From Dehalococcoidia bacterium (lineage in GTDB: Bacteria; Chloroflexota; Dehalococcoidia; Bin125), in NCBI GenBank assembly GCA_963555985.3, contig OY820591.1, positions 352,001-416,000 of the forward strand: a DNA stretch of 64,000 nucleotides, written 5' to 3'. Shown piece after piece: positions 29,790-38,401 of this stretch (its first letter is position 1; each line of letters begins with the position of its first letter). Position numbers and translations under genes: made by a program. Below the pieces are notes generated by a model. That model was given only the letters and a program-made list of their open reading frames with translations, had not been told where the DNA came from and did not search any database.

Positions 29790-30479
29790 ATGGCTACGTT
29801 TGTATTGATTCACGGCGCGTACCAGGGCGGCTGGATTTGGTCGCCGGTGGCGACTCGGCTGCGCGACGCCGGCCATCGGGTCTATGCGCCCTCGCTTGAC
29901 GGCTGCGCCGAGCGTTCGGCGCAAGTGCGATCAGGAATCACGACGGAGACGCAGGCCGACGAGCTCGCGGAGTTGCTGCGCTACGAGGATCTCTCTGAGG
30001 TCGTGCTGGTCGGCACCTCGTCGGGCGGGATGGTGCTGGCGCGGGTCGCTGAGCTCGCCCGCGAGCGGATTCAGCGGATTGTGTTTGTCGATGCGCTTGC
30101 TCTCTATAGCGGCGAGACGATCCGCGACATCGTGTCGGGAGCGGCTGTGAACGCCGACGAGGTGGCGACCGGTCCGGCGCCCGGTGCAATGTTTGACGGG
30201 CTGCGGGCGAGCATGGAGCCGGAGTTGGCGCAGTGGGCGGCGGATCGCTTCGGGCTGCACCCGGTCGCGGCGTTTAACAGTCCGGTCGTGTTGGAATCGT
30301 TCTGGGAGCAGGCCTGGGATACGTGTGTGATCTGGTGCCGGCAGGCGCCGAATCCGGGCGAGGCACATCAGCGCCGCTGCGCGGAGGCGCTGGGCGCGCG
30401 CTGGCACGAGCTCGACACGGGCCACTACCCAATGCTGAGCACCCCCGACGAGCTGACGCGGTTGATCCTCGAGGGCTAG
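29790..30479 (+). CDS. alpha/beta hydrolase (esterase-like)
   Basis: FVLIHGAYQGGW, GTSSGG, TGHYPM. Confidence 0.9.
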   Translation: MATFVLIHGAYQGGWIWSPVATRLRDAGHRVYAPSLDGCAERSAQVRSGITTETQADELAELLRYEDLSEVVLVGTSSGGMVLARVAELARERIQRIVFVDALALYSGETIRDIVSGAAVNADEVATGPAPGAMFDGLRASMEPELAQWAADRFGLHPVAAFNSPVVLESFWEQAWDTCVIWCRQAPNPGEAHQRRCAEALGARWHELDTGHYPMLSTPDELTRLILEG

Positions 30480-30666
30480 GCGTTCCCGCCGTGGATCGTT
30501 TCCGACGAACTGTCCGTCAGCGCCGCGCGATTACTCTCCGAGAGGCGCTCGCTACCTGGGGCTCCTCAACGCTCTACGCGAAGCCGGGCGGCGCGATCGC
30601 GCGAGTCCGGTCAGTAGCTCACGGGCGGATCAGCGCAGAAGCAAGGCGTTCTCTTGGCGTGACGGT

Positions 30667-30743
30667 TGGTAGGGCATAGGGGATTCGAACCCCTGATCTC
30701 CGCCTTGAGAGGGCGGTGTCCTTGGCCGCTAGACGAATGCCCC
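30667..30743 (-). tRNA. tRNA-Glu(CTC)
   Basis: Cloverleaf; CCGCC-CTCTCAA-GGCGG anticodon arm, TTCGAAT loop, encoded CCA. Confidence 0.96.
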
Positions 30744-30769
30744 ACGCGCTTCGGCCGACGACTTTTGAG

Positions 30770-30843
30770 TGGCTGGGGATGGAGGATTCGAACCCCCGCT
30801 AACTGATCCAGAGTCAGTCGTCCTACCACTAGACCAATCCCCA
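30770..30843 (-). tRNA. tRNA-Gln(CTG)
   Basis: TGGGGAT...ACTGA-CTCTGGA-TCAGT...GGTTCGAATCC...ATCCCCAGCCA. Confidence 0.96.
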
Positions 30844-30948
30844 ACGGGGTCAGATTATCAAGCGCGGGCAAGGGCGGCAAGCGGAGGTCGGTGCGCTGTG
30901 TTGTCTAATGCCCGTTCACTTTGGCCCGAGTCTGATCTACGACACTCC

Positions 30949-31039
30949 GTCATTGCTGCGCTCCGACGCGGCAATCTCGCCGTGGGAGCGACGACGGTGC
31001 AGATAACAGCGAGATACCCGCGACAAGCGCGGGTATGAC
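30949..31039. repeat. REP-like family 2 doublet (GTCATTGC...GCAATCTC / GAGATACCCG...CGGGTATGAC)
   Basis: Two oppositely oriented hairpins between gltX and the tRNAs; partial extra copy ~31070-31080. Confidence 0.6.
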
Positions 31040-31099
31040 GATCCTTGATTTACGCCACGGTCTCCGTTCGCGGGTATGACGGAGGAGGCGGAGGTTTGG

Positions 31100-32551
31100 C
31101 TAATCGTCGGGGCGGGCCAGGCGTTCGGCGGCGGCGTTGAGGCGCTCGACGGCGGTTTCTTGTCCCAGGACCTCCAGGGTCTCGAAGAGCGGGGGGGCGA
31201 TTCGTTTGCCGGTGGCCGCGATTCGGATTGGGGTGAAGAGCGCGCCCGGGCGCTCGCCGCGTTCGCCGGCGAGATCGCGCAGGGTTGTCTCGAGGGTTGC
31301 CGTTGTCCACTCGGCAGCGGGGAGTTCGCGCAGGGTCTTGAGCGCCGCTTCGACTGCCTCCAGCGCCGCCCAGGGTTTGTTGCGGTAGGCGCGTCCCATG
31401 AGCTCCGAGTTGTTGTACTCCAGCGGCCCGCGCCGGTAGAAGAAGTCGGTGTAGTCGACGAACTCCGGCATTAGCTTGACGCGCTCCTGGATGGCGGGGG
31501 CGATTGGGAGGAGGCGGGCGGTATCGACCGACTCCCCCAGAGCGGCTTCGAGGTAGGGGCGGCCGCGTTCGAGGAAGTCGGCGGGCTCGAGACTGCGGAT
31601 GTAGCGGGCGTTCATTTCGCGCAGGCGCTCGATGTCGAACATGGCGGAGGCGAGGCCGAGTCCGTCGAGATCGAAGGCGGCGACGATTTCGTCGCGCGAC
31701 ATGATCGTGGTGGTCTCGTCTTTCGACCAGCCGAGCAGGGCGAGGAAGTTGAGCAGAGCTTCGGGCAGGTAGCCCTCGACGGCGTACTGGCGGACGCTGG
31801 TCGCGCCGTGGCGCTTGGAGAGTTTGCCCTGGTCGGGGCCGCGAATGATGGGGAGGTGGATCCAGACCGGCTCGTCGTAGCCCAGGGCGGCGTAGGTCTG
31901 CACGTGGCGCGGGGCGGAGGAGAGCCACTCGTCGCCGCGGATGACGTGCGTGATCGCCATCTCGTGGTCGTCGACGACGGAGGCGAGATGGTAGGTGGGG
32001 AAGCCGTCGCGCTTGAGCAGGACGTGGTCGTCGAGCAGGTCATTGCGGAAGGTGACGGGGCCGCGCAGGTGATCGTGGACGATGGTCTCGCCGTCTCGGG
32101 GCATGGCGAGCCGGACGACGTGCGGTTGGCCGGCGGGCTGGTCGGCGTCGCGGCAGCGGCGGTCGTAGCCGGGCGGCTGTTTGGCTTGCTGCTGGGACTT
32201 GCGCAGTTGCGCCAGGCGCTCGGCGCTGCAAACGCAGCGGTAGGCGCGTCCCGACTCGAGCAAGCGGTCAGCCGCTGCGCGGTAGAGAGGCAGGCGCTCG
32301 GACTGGCGGTAGGGGCCGTATGCGCCGCCGAGATCGGGGCCTTCGTCCCAGTCGAGTCCGAGCCAGCGGAGGGCGTCGAGGATCAGTTCTTCAGCACCCT
32401 CGACGGCGCGGGACTGGTCGGTGTCTTCGATGCGGACGATGAAGTGTCCGCCGAAGCGTCGCGCGAGGAACCAGTCGAAGAGGGCGGTGCGGATGTTGCC
32501 GACGTGGGGTTCGCCGGTGGGGGAGGGTCCGTAGCGGACTCGCACTTGCAT
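31100..32551 (-). CDS. gltX: glutamate--tRNA ligase
   Basis: PSPTGEPHVGN (HIGH), RIEDTD, THVIRGDEW, KLSKR; upstream of tRNA-Gln/Glu. Confidence 0.97.
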   Translation of the reverse strand: MQVRVRYGPSPTGEPHVGNIRTALFDWFLARRFGGHFIVRIEDTDQSRAVEGAEELILDALRWLGLDWDEGPDLGGAYGPYRQSERLPLYRAAADRLLESGRAYRCVCSAERLAQLRKSQQQAKQPPGYDRRCRDADQPAGQPHVVRLAMPRDGETIVHDHLRGPVTFRNDLLDDHVLLKRDGFPTYHLASVVDDHEMAITHVIRGDEWLSSAPRHVQTYAALGYDEPVWIHLPIIRGPDQGKLSKRHGATSVRQYAVEGYLPEALLNFLALLGWSKDETTTIMSRDEIVAAFDLDGLGLASAMFDIERLREMNARYIRSLEPADFLERGRPYLEAALGESVDTARLLPIAPAIQERVKLMPEFVDYTDFFYRRGPLEYNNSELMGRAYRNKPWAALEAVEAALKTLRELPAAEWTTATLETTLRDLAGERGERPGALFTPIRIAATGKRIAPPLFETLEVLGQETAVERLNAAAERLARPDD

Positions 32552-32599
32552 TTACAGCCCCCGTCCGTGATTGGCGCGATCAGCGTAGGCCTGAGGCTT

Positions 32600-32885
32600 T
32601 GCCGGGGTTGGATTGGGCGGGTGCGGGTGAATTTTGGGGCGCGCGCCGCGAATTTGCGGCTTTGCGGGGAGAATTGGACGACAGGTAGTCCAAATTTGGA
32701 CAAATTTGTCCAAATTTGTCCAAATCTGTCCAGATGGCGACGGTGTTCTGCGCGGTAATGGGGGTGTGAGTCCAGGTTTGTCCAGGTGTGGGAGTGGGGT
32801 GCGCGAGGTGGTCATGAGGGTTCCGGAGGTTGCGGGCGCGGAGTTGCGCGTGGGCAATCGTATACGTATGTACGTTCTGTGTCGA
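32600..32885 (-). repeat. dispersed ~300-bp element, copy C (diverged), with (GTCCAAATTT)n array
   Basis: Colinear motifs with A/B (CTTTGCGGG..GAAT, GGTGTTCT, GGTTTGTCC, TCATG, TATACGTATG); minus-strand TCGACA-N17-TACGAT. Confidence 0.65.
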
Positions 32886-32935
32886 GGGTTTGGATCGGGT
32901 GAGTGAGGCTTGGGTGACATGTTGGACTGGAGCTT

Positions 32936-33961
32936 TTAGCGGATGCGTTGGGTGCGTCGGCGTTTGCGGTTGCGGCGGTTGTTTCGCCGGTGTGTTGGAT
33001 CTCGGGGCGAGGTTTGTTCGGGGCCGGTGAGGAGTTCGCCCTCTCGCAATGTGCTGAGGAGGCGGCGGATGTCGGTTGGCGGCTCGGCTTGGAGCGCGAT
33101 TCGCTCTCCGCTTCGGGGATGGTCGAAGGCCAATGAGCGGGCGTGCAGAGCTTGCCGTGCGATGAGCGGGGAATCGAAGCCGTAGATGGCGTCGCCCGCG
33201 ATTGGATGGCCGATTGCGGCGAGATGGACTCTGAGCTGGTGCGTTCGACCGGTGATCAGGTCGCATTCCAAGACGGAGGCGTCGGCGAAACGCTCTGCGA
33301 TTCGGTAGCCGGTTTGGGCGGAGCGTCCGCGTTCGACCACCGCCATTTTGCGAGGATCAGCGGGATCGCGACCGAGTGGGGCGTCGATCAGGCCAGCTTC
33401 GGGATCGGGGATGCCGGCCACGACTGCGAGATAGCGCTTCTCGACCGAGCGTTCGCGCAGTTGATCGCGCAGCGATTCGAGCGCCTCTGTGGTCTTCGCC
33501 ACCATGAGGAGGCCAGTGGTGTCGCGGTCGAGCCGGTGCGCCAAGCCCGGCCGGAGCGCGTCCGCTTCGCCTTCGGCCAGGGCAGCGATCTCCGGCCAAC
33601 GCGCGAGCAAGGCTCCGATCAGGGTGGCTTCGCGTTCTCCCGGCGCAGGGTGCACAGTGAGGCCGGCTGGCTTGTCGATCACGGCGAGTTGCGAGTCTTC
33701 GTAGACGACTTGCAGCTCGAGCTCGACTGCGGACTCCAGCGGCGCGGCGCGACGCTCGTGCACCGCCACGATCTCACCGAAGCGGAGGCGGTAGCCGGCG
33801 CGTTCGAGGCCGCCGTCCACGCGGGCGAGGCCGTCGTCGATCATGCGCCGCACCTGGCTGCGGCTGGCGTCGTCGAGGCGGCGGGTGAGGAACACGTCCA
33901 GGCGCTCGCCGTCGCGGTCGGCCATCAGCTCCAGGGCGGGCGGATCGGGGCTGTCGGGCAT
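32936..33961 (-). CDS. rluD: RluA/RluD-family pseudouridine synthase with S4 domain
   Basis: RLDVFL, DKPAGL.VHP, HRLDRDTTG, TGRTHQLRVH, GD.IYG. Confidence 0.92.
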   Translation of the reverse strand: MPDSPDPPALELMADRDGERLDVFLTRRLDDASRSQVRRMIDDGLARVDGGLERAGYRLRFGEIVAVHERRAAPLESAVELELQVVYEDSQLAVIDKPAGLTVHPAPGEREATLIGALLARWPEIAALAEGEADALRPGLAHRLDRDTTGLLMVAKTTEALESLRDQLRERSVEKRYLAVVAGIPDPEAGLIDAPLGRDPADPRKMAVVERGRSAQTGYRIAERFADASVLECDLITGRTHQLRVHLAAIGHPIAGDAIYGFDSPLIARQALHARSLAFDHPRSGERIALQAEPPTDIRRLLSTLREGELLTGPEQTSPRDPTHRRNNRRNRKRRRTQRIR

Positions 33962-33965
33962 GGTG

Positions 33966-34529
33966 TCAACGCAGTTTTGGACGCGGGCGCAGGTTGTCGG
34001 CGAAGAGGATGGCGATCACGATTGCGGCGACGCCCACGTTGATTGCGGCGTCGGCGACATTGAAGGCGGGGAAGTGGATGAAGTCGATGAAGTCGGTGAC
34101 GTGTCCCTGATAGATGCGATCGAGCAGGTTGCCGATCGCGCCGCCCAGGATCAGGGCGAGTCCACTGCGCACCAGCCAATGATCGAGCGGGGGGAAGAGG
34201 TAGTAGATCGCGACGACGCCGATCGCGACTGCGGCGGATACGGCCAGGATTGTATTGGCGCCGCCGAAGAGCCCGAACGCGCCGCCGTCGTTGGCGACAT
34301 GGGAGAAGGCGAAGAACTGGGCCAGCCACTCGCGTTCGCCCAGTGCGAGGGTTTCGCGCAGGATCACTTTGGTGAGTTGGTCGAGCGCGATCACGGCGAC
34401 GGCCAGAGCTGCGAAGCGGAGATGCTGCCGCTTCGGTTTCGCCTGCTTGGGCGCAGGGGGGGCGGGTCCCCGCGTTCGCGGGGAACGGGGGAGCGGCGGC
34501 TCGGTCGCGGTCGTCGGGTCTTGGTTCAT
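33966..34529 (-). CDS. lspA: signal peptidase II
   Basis: DQLTK, NDGGAFG, GGAIGNLLDR, VTDFI, FNVAD. Confidence 0.96.
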   Translation of the reverse strand: MNQDPTTATEPPLPRSPRTRGPAPPAPKQAKPKRQHLRFAALAVAVIALDQLTKVILRETLALGEREWLAQFFAFSHVANDGGAFGLFGGANTILAVSAAVAIGVVAIYYLFPPLDHWLVRSGLALILGGAIGNLLDRIYQGHVTDFIDFIHFPAFNVADAAINVGVAAIVIAILFADNLRPRPKLR

Positions 34530-34578
34530 AGTTCGAGATTACACGCGCCGGTACCCGAGTTTCGGCTAGGCTGAGACT

Positions 34579-35277
34579 ATGGCGAGCCTGATTCAGAGGA
34601 TCTGGGGGAGTGATCGCGTGTCTGAAGAGCTCACTGCGCCGGCGGCTGATCCGGCGAACCCGAGTGGTCTGGTTGGCCCTCGCTTCAGCGAACTCCAGCG
34701 GCGGCGTAAGGAGACCGGGCACGACCGGCTGCCGCCGGGTCAGCGTCTGATCCAGCAATGGCCGGTGCTCACCTATGGCGGCACGCCCGTGATCAAGCCC
34801 GAGGACTGGAATCTCCAGGTCTGGGGCGCGGTGGCTAACGAGCGGGTCTTTGATTACCGGCAGTTCACCGAGATCGGGCTGAGCGAGAAGCTCAACGACA
34901 TTCACTGCGTCACGCATTGGTCGCGCTATGACAACACCTGGCAGGGGGTGCTGTTCTCGGATCTGTTTGCCCAGCTTGAGATCGACGCCAACGCCGACAC
35001 GGTGATGTTCCATTGCTACGGCGGCTACACCTCGAACGTGCTGATGTCGGACATTCTCGCCGACGATCACGCGATGTTGGCGGTCGCGCATGACGGCAAG
35101 CCGCTGGAGCCGATGCACGGCGGCCCGGTGCGGGTGGTGATTCCTTCGCTCTATTTCTGGAAAAGCGCGAAGTGGGTGGGGGGAATGGAGTTTCTGACCC
35201 GTAATCAGCCCGGCTTCTGGGAGATGTACGGCTATCACATGCACGGCGATCCGTGGCGCGAGGAGCGCTACGGGTAG
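34579..35277 (+). CDS. sulfite oxidase-like molybdopterin oxidoreductase
   Basis: RLPPGQ, DIHCVTHWS, HGGPVR, YFWKSAKW, GFWE..GYH. Confidence 0.9.
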   Translation: MASLIQRIWGSDRVSEELTAPAADPANPSGLVGPRFSELQRRRKETGHDRLPPGQRLIQQWPVLTYGGTPVIKPEDWNLQVWGAVANERVFDYRQFTEIGLSEKLNDIHCVTHWSRYDNTWQGVLFSDLFAQLEIDANADTVMFHCYGGYTSNVLMSDILADDHAMLAVAHDGKPLEPMHGGPVRVVIPSLYFWKSAKWVGGMEFLTRNQPGFWEMYGYHMHGDPWREERYG

Positions 35278-35294
35278 CGGGCCTGAGACGACGA

Positions 35295-35933
35295 ATGACG
35301 ACGCAGACCGAAGCCGCCGCCGCGCCGCCTGCGGGTGATGCAGTTGAGCGCGCCTTTGATGATCCGCAGCCGATCCGTCTGCCTCCCGATTGGGTGCTGA
35401 CCGACGAGCGTTTTCTCGAGATTGCGCAGCTCAACCCGGACCAACTGCTTGAGCGCACGGCCGACGGGAGGTTGCAGCCGATGGCTTGGCCTGAGTTTGC
35501 GAGCGAGCAGGTAACTGAGGCGATCTGCGCGCTGGTGCGCCTCTGGACGCGGGTTGCGGGCGGCGCCCAGCGCGGCCCGGTGGGCGGCTATATCTTCAGC
35601 GATGGCCCGGCGATGGCGCCGGATGTGTCCTGGGTTTCGCCGGAACAGCTCGATCGGGGGCGGATCGAGAGGGGGCAGTTTTATTTCGCGCCAGCGTTCG
35701 TGGTGGAAGTGCGCTCGCCGTCGCAGAGCATCCCGGAGCAACAAGAGCGGATGGAGGAGTGGATCGGCCGCGGCGTGCGCCTGGGCTGGCTCGTCGATCC
35801 GTATGAGCGCCGGGTCTGGGTCTACCGCGCTAGCGGGGAGGTGGAAGCGTTGGACAATCCCGCCGAGCTCTCCGGTGAAGACGTGTGCGTGGGCTTGACG
35901 ATTGAGCTGTCGACGGTGTGGGGCGACACATAA
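35295..35933 (+). CDS. Uma2-family endonuclease (copy 1)
   Basis: ERTADGRL, APDVSWV, APAFVVEVRSPS, GVRLGWLVDP. Confidence 0.92.
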   Translation: MTTQTEAAAAPPAGDAVERAFDDPQPIRLPPDWVLTDERFLEIAQLNPDQLLERTADGRLQPMAWPEFASEQVTEAICALVRLWTRVAGGAQRGPVGGYIFSDGPAMAPDVSWVSPEQLDRGRIERGQFYFAPAFVVEVRSPSQSIPEQQERMEEWIGRGVRLGWLVDPYERRVWVYRASGEVEALDNPAELSGEDVCVGLTIELSTVWGDT

Positions 35934-35976
35934 GCGGTTGTTCATTGCCCTATCGTGATCGCGGAGAGATGTCACT

Positions 35977-36609
35977 ATGGTCGCTCAGCGCCAGCCTGCG
36001 ATTGAATCGACTGAACTGACGGCGGTTCCCTACGACGATCCGCAGCCGATCCGTCTGCCTCCCGATTGGGCGCTGACCGACGAGCGTTTTCTCGAAATTG
36101 CACAGCTCAACCCGGATCAGCTGCTTGAGCGCACCGCTGACGGGAGGTTGCAGCTGATGGCTTGGCCAGAACGCCTGAGTGAGCGTACGACGACCCTGAT
36201 CAGCGCTTTCATCGCGTTGTGGCATCTGAGCGTCGGCGGTGAAGCCCGCGGTGAGGGCGGCGGCTACATCTTCAGCGACGGTCCGGCGATGGCTCCCGAT
36301 GCATCTTGGGTCTCGCCCGAGCAGCTGGAGCAGGGGCGGATTGAGAAGGGGCAGTTCTATTTCGCGCCGGCGTTCGTGGTGGAAGTGCGCTCGCCGTCGC
36401 AGAGCATTCCGGAGCAACAAACGCGGATGGAGGAGTGGATCGGCCGCGGCGTTCGCCTTGGTTGGCTGATCGATCCGTATGAGCGTCGAGTCTGGGTCTA
36501 CCGCGCTAGCGGGGAAGTGGAAGCGTTGGACAATCCCGCCGAGCTCTCCGGTGAAGATGTGTGCGTGGGCTTGATGATTGATATGTCTCGTGTCTGGGGC
36601 GACACGTAA
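35977..36609 (+). CDS. Uma2-family endonuclease (tandem copy 2)
   Basis: Same motifs; near-identical to copy 1 outside the N-terminus and one central window. Confidence 0.92.
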   Translation: MVAQRQPAIESTELTAVPYDDPQPIRLPPDWALTDERFLEIAQLNPDQLLERTADGRLQLMAWPERLSERTTTLISAFIALWHLSVGGEARGEGGGYIFSDGPAMAPDASWVSPEQLEQGRIEKGQFYFAPAFVVEVRSPSQSIPEQQTRMEEWIGRGVRLGWLIDPYERRVWVYRASGEVEALDNPAELSGEDVCVGLMIDMSRVWGDT

Positions 36610-36821
36610 GCGGACAGCTCCGATCAGCGCGATGCGCAGCATTCGGGTTCTACTGTGATAGCCTGGGCGACGATGAATCGCTTGCCACGAACACTGCTCG
36701 CAACGCCGATCATGGGCCGCATGGCGATGCCCGGGGCCCTGCCCCAGTAGGCGCGCCGCGCGCCTGAGGGGTACGGGCCGGACTGACTTCCCCGACCTCT
36801 CAGCGAAAGCCCCTCGTCATC

Positions 36822-38057
36822 ATGTCCTACGCCACTTGTCTCGCCTGCCGCGAATGCGGCCGCGAGTTTCCGCTTGATCCGATCAACGTCTGCGACTTCT
36901 GTTTCGGGCCGCTCGAAGTCCAGTACGACCACGATGCGATCCAGTCGCGCATCTCGCGTGAACGGATCGAGAGCGGCCCGCGCTCGATCTGGCGCTACAA
37001 AGACCTGCTGCCGGTCGATGACGAGTTCATCGTCGATCTCAACGTCGGCTGGACACCGCTGCTACGGGCCGATCGGCTCGCCGAGCGGCTCGGCCTGCGC
37101 GAGCTTTGGATCAAGAACGACACCTGCAATCCTTCCTGGTCGTTCAAGGATCGGGTGGTGGCGGTCGCCTCGAGCCGAGCCAAGCAGCTTGGTTTTCAGA
37201 CGCTCGCCTGCGCTTCGACCGGCAATCTCGCCAATGCGGTCTCGGCGCACGCAGCTCGGGCGGGCATGAACGCGATCGTCTTCATCCCGCACGACCTCGA
37301 AGCGGGCAAGGTGCTCGGCTCCGCGATCTACAACCCCACGATCGTCGCCGTGAACGGCTCCTATGACGATGTGAATCGGCTCTGCTCCGAGCTAGCCGAT
37401 AATCGTCATTGGGCGTTTGTCAACATCAATGTTCGTCCGTACTACGCGGAGGGATCGCGGACGCTGGCCTATGAGGTTGCGGAACAGCTCGGCTGGCGTG
37501 CGCCGCGTCAGGTGGTCGCGCCGATGGCGTCGGGGTCGCTCTTCACCAAGATTCACAAGGGCTTTCAGGAGTTCCAGCGCTACGGGCTGATTGCGGAGAC
37601 GCCCGTGCGCATGATCGGCGCACAGGCGGACGGCTGCTCGCCGATTACAACGGCCTGGCAGAACAACACCACCAACATCCGCCCGGTCAAGCCGAAGACG
37701 ATCGCCAAGAGCCTCGCGATCGGCAATCCCGCCGACGGCTACTACGCGCTCAAGACGATGAAGCGCACCGAAGGCGGCGCTACCGCGGTCTCCGATGCGG
37801 AAGTGGTCGAGGGTATCCGCCTGCTCGCCGAGTGTGAGGGCGTCTTCGGCGAGACGGCCGGCGGGGTCACGATCGCCGGCCTGCGACAAGCCGTTGAGCA
37901 GGGTCAGATCGATCCGGACGAGTCCACGGTGGCCTTCATCACCGGCGGCGGTCTCAAGACTGCCGACGCGGTGGTCGACCACGTGACCCAACCGATTCCG
38001 GTCGAAGGTACGCTCAAGTCGTTTGAAGACGCATTCGCTGCCGCCGGCGCAGCCTGA
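36822..38057 (+). CDS. thrC: threonine synthase (short type with N-terminal Zn ribbon)
   Basis: CRECG..CDFC, NPSWSFKDR, ASTGN, TGGGLK. Confidence 0.9.
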   Translation: MSYATCLACRECGREFPLDPINVCDFCFGPLEVQYDHDAIQSRISRERIESGPRSIWRYKDLLPVDDEFIVDLNVGWTPLLRADRLAERLGLRELWIKNDTCNPSWSFKDRVVAVASSRAKQLGFQTLACASTGNLANAVSAHAARAGMNAIVFIPHDLEAGKVLGSAIYNPTIVAVNGSYDDVNRLCSELADNRHWAFVNINVRPYYAEGSRTLAYEVAEQLGWRAPRQVVAPMASGSLFTKIHKGFQEFQRYGLIAETPVRMIGAQADGCSPITTAWQNNTTNIRPVKPKTIAKSLAIGNPADGYYALKTMKRTEGGATAVSDAEVVEGIRLLAECEGVFGETAGGVTIAGLRQAVEQGQIDPDESTVAFITGGGLKTADAVVDHVTQPIPVEGTLKSFEDAFAAAGAA

Positions 38058-38096
38058 CTTGTCTGCCGCGCTGCGGCTTGAAACCGGGAGAGCGCC

Positions 38097-38339
38097 ATGG
38101 CCAGCCGCCGCGTCCGTTTCACGTTTGAGGGCGACGCCGTCAAGGAACCCGTGATCTATCTCGTCGGGCACGAGTTCGATGTCGTCACCAATATCCGCAT
38201 GGCCGATGTGGAGCATGACTTCGGCTGGGTGATCCTCGAACTGGACGGCGAGCACGACGAGATTGATCGTGCACTGGCCTGGGTAGAGGCCAAGGGTGTG
38301 CGCGTCGATCCGGTGGCGGGCGACGTGGTGGAGGGATAG
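38097..38339 (+). CDS. stand-alone NIL-domain protein
   Basis: EPVIY....EFDVVTNIRMADV....GWVILELDG....ID.AL.W....GV.V. Confidence 0.85.
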   Translation: MASRRVRFTFEGDAVKEPVIYLVGHEFDVVTNIRMADVEHDFGWVILELDGEHDEIDRALAWVEAKGVRVDPVAGDVVEG

Positions 38340-38401
38340 GTGGCGTCGGGCCGGGATCGGCTAGGGTGAGGCTGTCTTCGGTACCCGAGGGGCTAGCAGC
38401 G

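Noticed and set aside
30480-30666. Island integrated at tRNA-Glu/Gln
   Set aside because: No integrase and no duplicated 3' end of these tRNAs noticed; the decayed tRNA at 10320 has a different sequence
32688-32735. Decamer tandem repeats (also the 21-bp repeats at ~48763-48925) as CRISPR arrays
   Set aside because: No unique spacers, wrong unit size, no cas genes
32552-32935. T-box leader upstream of gltX
   Set aside because: No T-box GGTGG.ACC consensus seen; the space is occupied by repeat copy C
35295-36609. Diversity-generating retroelement explanation for the Uma2 pair
   Set aside because: No reverse transcriptase in the window; differences are not adenine-specific
36610-36821. SAM riboswitch upstream of thrC
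   Set aside because: Could not find SAM-I/IV core motifs by eye; an Infernal/Rfam scan would settle it
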